Below, in pieces: positions 60,203 through 64,000 of a DNA stretch of 64,000 nucleotides. Positions within the stretch are counted from its first letter, which is position 1, and every line of letters begins with the position of its first letter. Location: assembly GCA_965227295.1 (NCBI GenBank), contig OZ245742.1, positions 1,088,001 to 1,152,000 of the forward strand, read 5' to 3'. The notes under the pieces are model-generated. The model made no database searches. It was not told where the DNA came from and was given only the letters and a program-made list of their open reading frames with translations. This stretch comes from Leptonemataceae bacterium (lineage in GTDB: Bacteria; Spirochaetota; Leptospiria; Leptospirales; Leptonemataceae). Made by a program: the position numbers and the translations under genes.

Positions 60203-61174
60203 ATGCCGTGGCTGCGCCGACTTCTCATCGCCGCTGCCGTGATCGGGGTTTTTCTGTTCTCGGCGGCCTGGTACTTTTCCGGCCTGCTTTTGTATCCGGG
60301 TCCGTCCGTCTGCCACGACGCCTACATCTACTGCGACGATCCCTCCGCCACCGGGCTTGAGCTCCGCGACGTTTCCTACGAAACAAGCGACGGAATCACG
60401 ATCCGCGGTTGGTACGTGGAACGCGATCCGAAAGCCCCGGGCATCCTCATGGTCCACGGCCGCAACGCATCACGGTACGCCGGACTGCGTTACGCCCCGT
60501 CTCTGTATGCAGCCGGCTTTAATCTGTTGTTGATCGATCTGCGCAACTGCGGCGAGAGCGATCCCGCATTTGTATCCATGGGATACTTCGAACGTCTCGA
60601 CGTAATTGCAGGCATCGACTACCTGCTCGAAACAAGGAAACTACCGTCGGCAGGTATCTTCGGTTTTTCCATGGGCGCCGCGACGAGCACACTGGTCATG
60701 GCGGAAGACAATCGCATCGAGGCGGCGGTGCTCGACTCCGGGTTCACCGGCTTTTATGAAATCATTCGTGATCGCGGCGCACAGGACTACGGCGTCCCGG
60801 AGTATCCACTCATCCCCATCGTGCAGTGGCTCTTTGAGTTGCGCGGCGGCCTCGACGCGGACGAACTGCGACCCATCGATATTATCGCCGACATTGCCCC
60901 GCGCCCCATCTTCCTGATGCACGGTACTGCCGATGTCGCCGTTCCGTTTTCCCACGGCGAGGACCTGTATCGCACCGCACGCGAGCCGAAGTTTTTCTGG
61001 CCCGTCGCAGGAGCAGATCATGTGCGCGCCTGGAACACGGATCGCGAGTATGCCGAGAGCGAGATCCCCGGTTTCTTTCAAGAGTATCTTCTCGGCCGCC
61101 GTTCGATTCCTGAGATTGCGCCGGAAGAGGAACTCGAATCCGAAAACATCGAGGCGCACGACGGCGAAGAGTAG
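60203..61174 (+). CDS. Membrane-anchored alpha/beta hydrolase
   Basis: GFSMG nucleophile elbow, HGTAD, ADH. Confidence 0.88.
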   Translation: MPWLRRLLIAAAVIGVFLFSAAWYFSGLLLYPGPSVCHDAYIYCDDPSATGLELRDVSYETSDGITIRGWYVERDPKAPGILMVHGRNASRYAGLRYAPSLYAAGFNLLLIDLRNCGESDPAFVSMGYFERLDVIAGIDYLLETRKLPSAGIFGFSMGAATSTLVMAEDNRIEAAVLDSGFTGFYEIIRDRGAQDYGVPEYPLIPIVQWLFELRGGLDADELRPIDIIADIAPRPIFLMHGTADVAVPFSHGEDLYRTAREPKFFWPVAGADHVRAWNTDREYAESEIPGFFQEYLLGRRSIPEIAPEEELESENIEAHDGEE

Positions 61175-61924
61175 ATGAGCGGCGCCGTCGGCATCGATGG
61201 CTGTCCGGGTGGATGGATTGCCGTCTGCCTCCGTGCGAATGAGTTTCACGTGGAACTCGTGTCCGATCTCCGGTCCTTCCTCACAAGTCGCAAGAGGTCC
61301 GACCTCGTGCTCATCGATATGCCGATCGGCTTTCCCGACAGCCAACCCCGGCCATGTGAAACGGAAGCTCGCGCCCTGCTTGGCTGGCCGAGATCTTCGA
61401 GTGTGTTTTCCGTTCCCGTCCGCGAAGTAATCACTGATGCAAGGACCTATACAGCGGCATCGAACATTCAGCGCGCGAAGATAGACCGCGGCCTGACGAA
61501 ACAATGCTGGAACCTGGTGCCGAAAATGAAAGCGCTCGATACGATCCTGCGCGATGCCAACCATGCCTGCCGCATCCGCGAAAGTCATCCCGAGGTTGTT
61601 TTCGGCGCGCTGAACCAGGGACGCTTCGATACCACCGCGCGCGGCTTCGGCCTCGTCGCCTCGAAGAAAAAGAGCGTGGGCCGCGAACAACGCCTGGCGA
61701 TACTGGAACAGTACCAAAAGAACGCGCGCAAGATCTACGCGCACGCCGAATCATCGTATCGCCGCAAAGACCTGGCCCGGGATGACATCGTCGACGCCCT
61801 GGGTCTCGCGATCGCCGCACAACTCATACAAAGAAAAAGGGCAACGCTCCTCACGTTGCCCCCCAACCCACCGCGCGACTCCCACGGTCTCGCCATGGAA
61901 ATCGTGTATGTGAAACCTCAGTAA
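61175..61924 (+). CDS. DUF429 domain protein (predicted RNase H-like nuclease)
   Basis: GIDGCPGGW, IDMPIG, ESHPEV, DDIVDA. Confidence 0.85.
   Translation: MSGAVGIDGCPGGWIAVCLRANEFHVELVSDLRSFLTSRKRSDLVLIDMPIGFPDSQPRPCETEARALLGWPRSSSVFSVPVREVITDARTYTAASNIQRAKIDRGLTKQCWNLVPKMKALDTILRDANHACRIRESHPEVVFGALNQGRFDTTARGFGLVASKKKSVGREQRLAILEQYQKNARKIYAHAESSYRRKDLARDDIVDALGLAIAAQLIQRKRATLLTLPPNPPRDSHGLAMEIVYVKPQ
61242..61257. promoter_or_regulatory. parS-like site within the DUF429 gene
   Basis: AGTTTCACGTGGAACT. Confidence 0.72.
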
Positions 61925-62673
61925 TCGAACTGCAGTTTCTTCACGCGCAGCCACTTCCCACCGACCTGATCGTAGTAGGCGTACGCTTCGACACGTCCCT
62001 TTGCATCATACAACACATCGCAGCGACTCATGTTACCGAAAGCTTCCCGGACGCGCTGCTTGAGCCGACCCTTCTCATCGTAACGGTAGGTGATCTTTTG
62101 AAGTTCGCCGTGCTCCGCGCTTTTCACGACGAACGAGACGGGCCGGCCGGCATCATACTTCAAGACAAAGGCGTCCTCACCGTCTCCGGTCTTCTCCACG
62201 CCTTCCACAATGCGATTATCCTTGTGCACGTAACTCTGCTTCATGGCGAGGTTTCCGTCGCGGTCATATTGCTCCAGCCCGGTGAGTTGATTTCCGGAGT
62301 ACATGAAGACCGTACGTGCAACGAGCTTCCCGTCCCGATCAAAGAGTTTCTCTTCGCTCAGGTGTTCGCCCTTGTAGGCGTAGGTCGTCTTGCCGTCGGC
62401 CTTGCCCTCGGAATTCAGAAACGTCTCTTCAACCAGGCGACCCTTTGCGTCGTATTGGAACTTGCCGGTACCCAGGACGGTACCGTTCGGATCGAGCACC
62501 TTCACCGCGGCCGGCCCACCGGTGTTCCCCTTTTCGATGTAAGGGTCCATGGGACTCCAGCGCACGGGTTGGTACGCGAGCAGTGTCGACGAAGACAACG
62601 CAAGCAGAGCAAGAATCAAGAGTCGCAGCAGGCTCGTAAATCCACGCGGCGACTTTTTATACGAAGACATCAT
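61918..62673 (-). CDS. Exported protein with YD-like beta-hairpin repeats
   Basis: Signal peptide; repeated YDAKGR/YDRDGN/YDEKGR units. Confidence 0.75.
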   Translation of the reverse strand: MMSSYKKSPRGFTSLLRLLILALLALSSSTLLAYQPVRWSPMDPYIEKGNTGGPAAVKVLDPNGTVLGTGKFQYDAKGRLVEETFLNSEGKADGKTTYAYKGEHLSEEKLFDRDGKLVARTVFMYSGNQLTGLEQYDRDGNLAMKQSYVHKDNRIVEGVEKTGDGEDAFVLKYDAGRPVSFVVKSAEHGELQKITYRYDEKGRLKQRVREAFGNMSRCDVLYDAKGRVEAYAYYDQVGGKWLRVKKLQFDY

Positions 62674-62767
62674 TCCATTCCTCCCGGGCACGGCGGCCCT
62701 CTTCTCAGAATCGGCAAATACGAATTTAAATGAATGCCTTTTTGAACGTTTTCCGGCGTACGACAGT

Positions 62768-63571
62768 ATGACCGGAGACGAACTCAAGGCCGCCGTCGTC
62801 GAACGCGGACTCACATACCCCGCCGATCTCTTTGACGAATTCGACGCGGATGCCGTCGCCGCGTTCTACGACTTTCTGGAACGCGACAATGAGGCCGGCG
62901 GTTTTTTTTCGAAGAACGATTCGCAGCGCATCTTTGAACGACACCTCTTCGAATCCCTCCTCTTCGCCCGCTACGTGGCACGGGAGTATTATGTCGCGTC
63001 GGGCAAACTCGTTTCACGTGAAACGCGGATCCTCGATGTGGGCTCCGGCCCCGGCCTCCCGGGCTACCTCTTTGCCTGCCGCCGGCCCTCACCGCGGGTG
63101 ACGTTACTCGACAGCTCGCGTCGCCGCCTCGGTCGTCTCGAAGAATGGTTGAACACCGCGGCCACGGACGGCGGAGACGGAACCGCACACGTTGCGAGTG
63201 ATGATGTTGCATTCGTATACGAACGCTCGGAGGAGCACCAAACCGGTCGGGGGCGGAACGCCTACGATCTTGTGGTCGCCCGCGCCTTGATTCCTTTTCC
63301 GGCTGCCGTGGAATTGCTGTGCCGGCTTCCCCGCATCGGTGGAGTCATGGCTCTGTGGTGCGGCGAGAACGATCCGCGAGGCCCGCGGCTCGAAGATTAC
63401 CTGGCAGAGCTCGGCTACGTTTCACGTGAAACGCTCGACATCCCTGAATTGACTTTTCTCGGCCACCGCCGAATCATGCTCCTCGTTCGCGAGCGCGAAA
63501 CTCAGAAACCGTATCCCCGGGACTGGAAGAAGATCAAGGACTCAATCTCTCAATGGACAAGAAGATCATAG
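62768..63571 (+). CDS. rsmG: 16S rRNA m7G methyltransferase RsmG/GidB
   Basis: ERHLFESL, LDVGSGPGLPG, LLDS, VVARA, KPYPR; directly upstream of parA. Confidence 0.88.
   Translation: MTGDELKAAVVERGLTYPADLFDEFDADAVAAFYDFLERDNEAGGFFSKNDSQRIFERHLFESLLFARYVAREYYVASGKLVSRETRILDVGSGPGLPGYLFACRRPSPRVTLLDSSRRRLGRLEEWLNTAATDGGDGTAHVASDDVAFVYERSEEHQTGRGRNAYDLVVARALIPFPAAVELLCRLPRIGGVMALWCGENDPRGPRLEDYLAELGYVSRETLDIPELTFLGHRRIMLLVRERETQKPYPRDWKKIKDSISQWTRRS
63010..63025. promoter_or_regulatory. parS site within rsmG
   Basis: Perfect palindrome CGTTTCACGTGAAACG. Confidence 0.88.
63418..63433. promoter_or_regulatory. parS site within rsmG
   Basis: Second identical perfect palindrome CGTTTCACGTGAAACG. Confidence 0.88.
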
Positions 63572-64000
63572 CACTGGCAAACCAGAAAGGCGGCGTCGGT
63601 AAGACCACCACCGCCGTGAACCTCGGCGGCTATCTCGCAAAGGCGGGACAGAACATTCTCCTCATAGATATCGACCCCCAGGGCAACGCCAGCTCCGGCC
63701 TGGGCGTAGACATCCATGATCTCGAAAAGACAATCTACGAAGTATTGATCGGCGAGATTTCCGCGGCCGAGGCCATTGTGCCGACGCAGTACTCCGGACT
63801 CTCTCTGCTTCCCGCGAACGTGAATCTCTCCGGCGTGGAAGTGGACATGCTGCAAATGGACGACAAAGAGTACATTCTCCGCACGGCCATGGAGCAGGTG
63901 GTCAACAGTTACGACCTCGTACTGATCGACTGCCCCCCGAACCTGGGCATCCTCACCCTGAACGCTTTGTGCGCATCTTCCAGCGTCATGATTACGTTGC
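63553..64000 (+). CDS. parA: Chromosome partitioning ATPase ParA/Soj (runs off the window end; absent from the ORF track)
   Basis: Translates as MDKKIIALANQKGGVGKTTTAVNL..DIDPQGNASSGLG..IDCPP. Confidence 0.95.
   Translation, partial: MDKKIIALANQKGGVGKTTTAVNLGGYLAKAGQNILLIDIDPQGNASSGLGVDIHDLEKTIYEVLIGEISAAEAIVPTQYSGLSLLPANVNLSGVEVDMLQMDDKEYILRTAMEQVVNSYDLVLIDCPPNLGILTLNALCASSSVMITL

Noticed and set aside
60370..60424. Additional degenerate parS-like sequences (GTTTCCTACGAAAC; TACGTGGAAC)
   Set aside because: Four or more mismatches, or half-sites only.

Overview
GC-rich (roughly 60% by eye) bacterial chromosomal segment, most plausibly from a Leptospirales spirochaete. That assignment is an inference from the HAMP-SpoIIE-TPR phosphatase, the membrane-embedded AraC regulator, spirochaete-like lipoprotein signals and an 8-Cys protein. 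The right end is origin-proximal: mnmG, rsmG and a partial parA, with four parS-like palindromes embedded in coding sequence. Housekeeping genes include carD, a PIN/TRAM gene, thiD, murA (Cys-to-Asp variant), lipB, truD, trpE/trpG-like genes, tRNA-Ile2(CAT) and tRNA-Phe(GAA). Modules worth attention: (1) a TetR regulator with two inverted operator copies between a haloalkane dehalogenase with a lipoprotein-type signal and an exported protein made of six 16-aa Cys repeats; (2) an alpha-2-macroglobulin with an intact thioester motif followed by two DUF2135-like paralogues; (3) a glucosylglycerate cluster beside a BCCT transporter; (4) an ATP-grasp/FMN alpha-hydroxy-acid dehydrogenase fusion; (5) two long intergenic fold-back sequences. 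No CRISPR array, transposase, integrase or prophage gene was seen. All calls come from motif recognition by eye; no searches were run.
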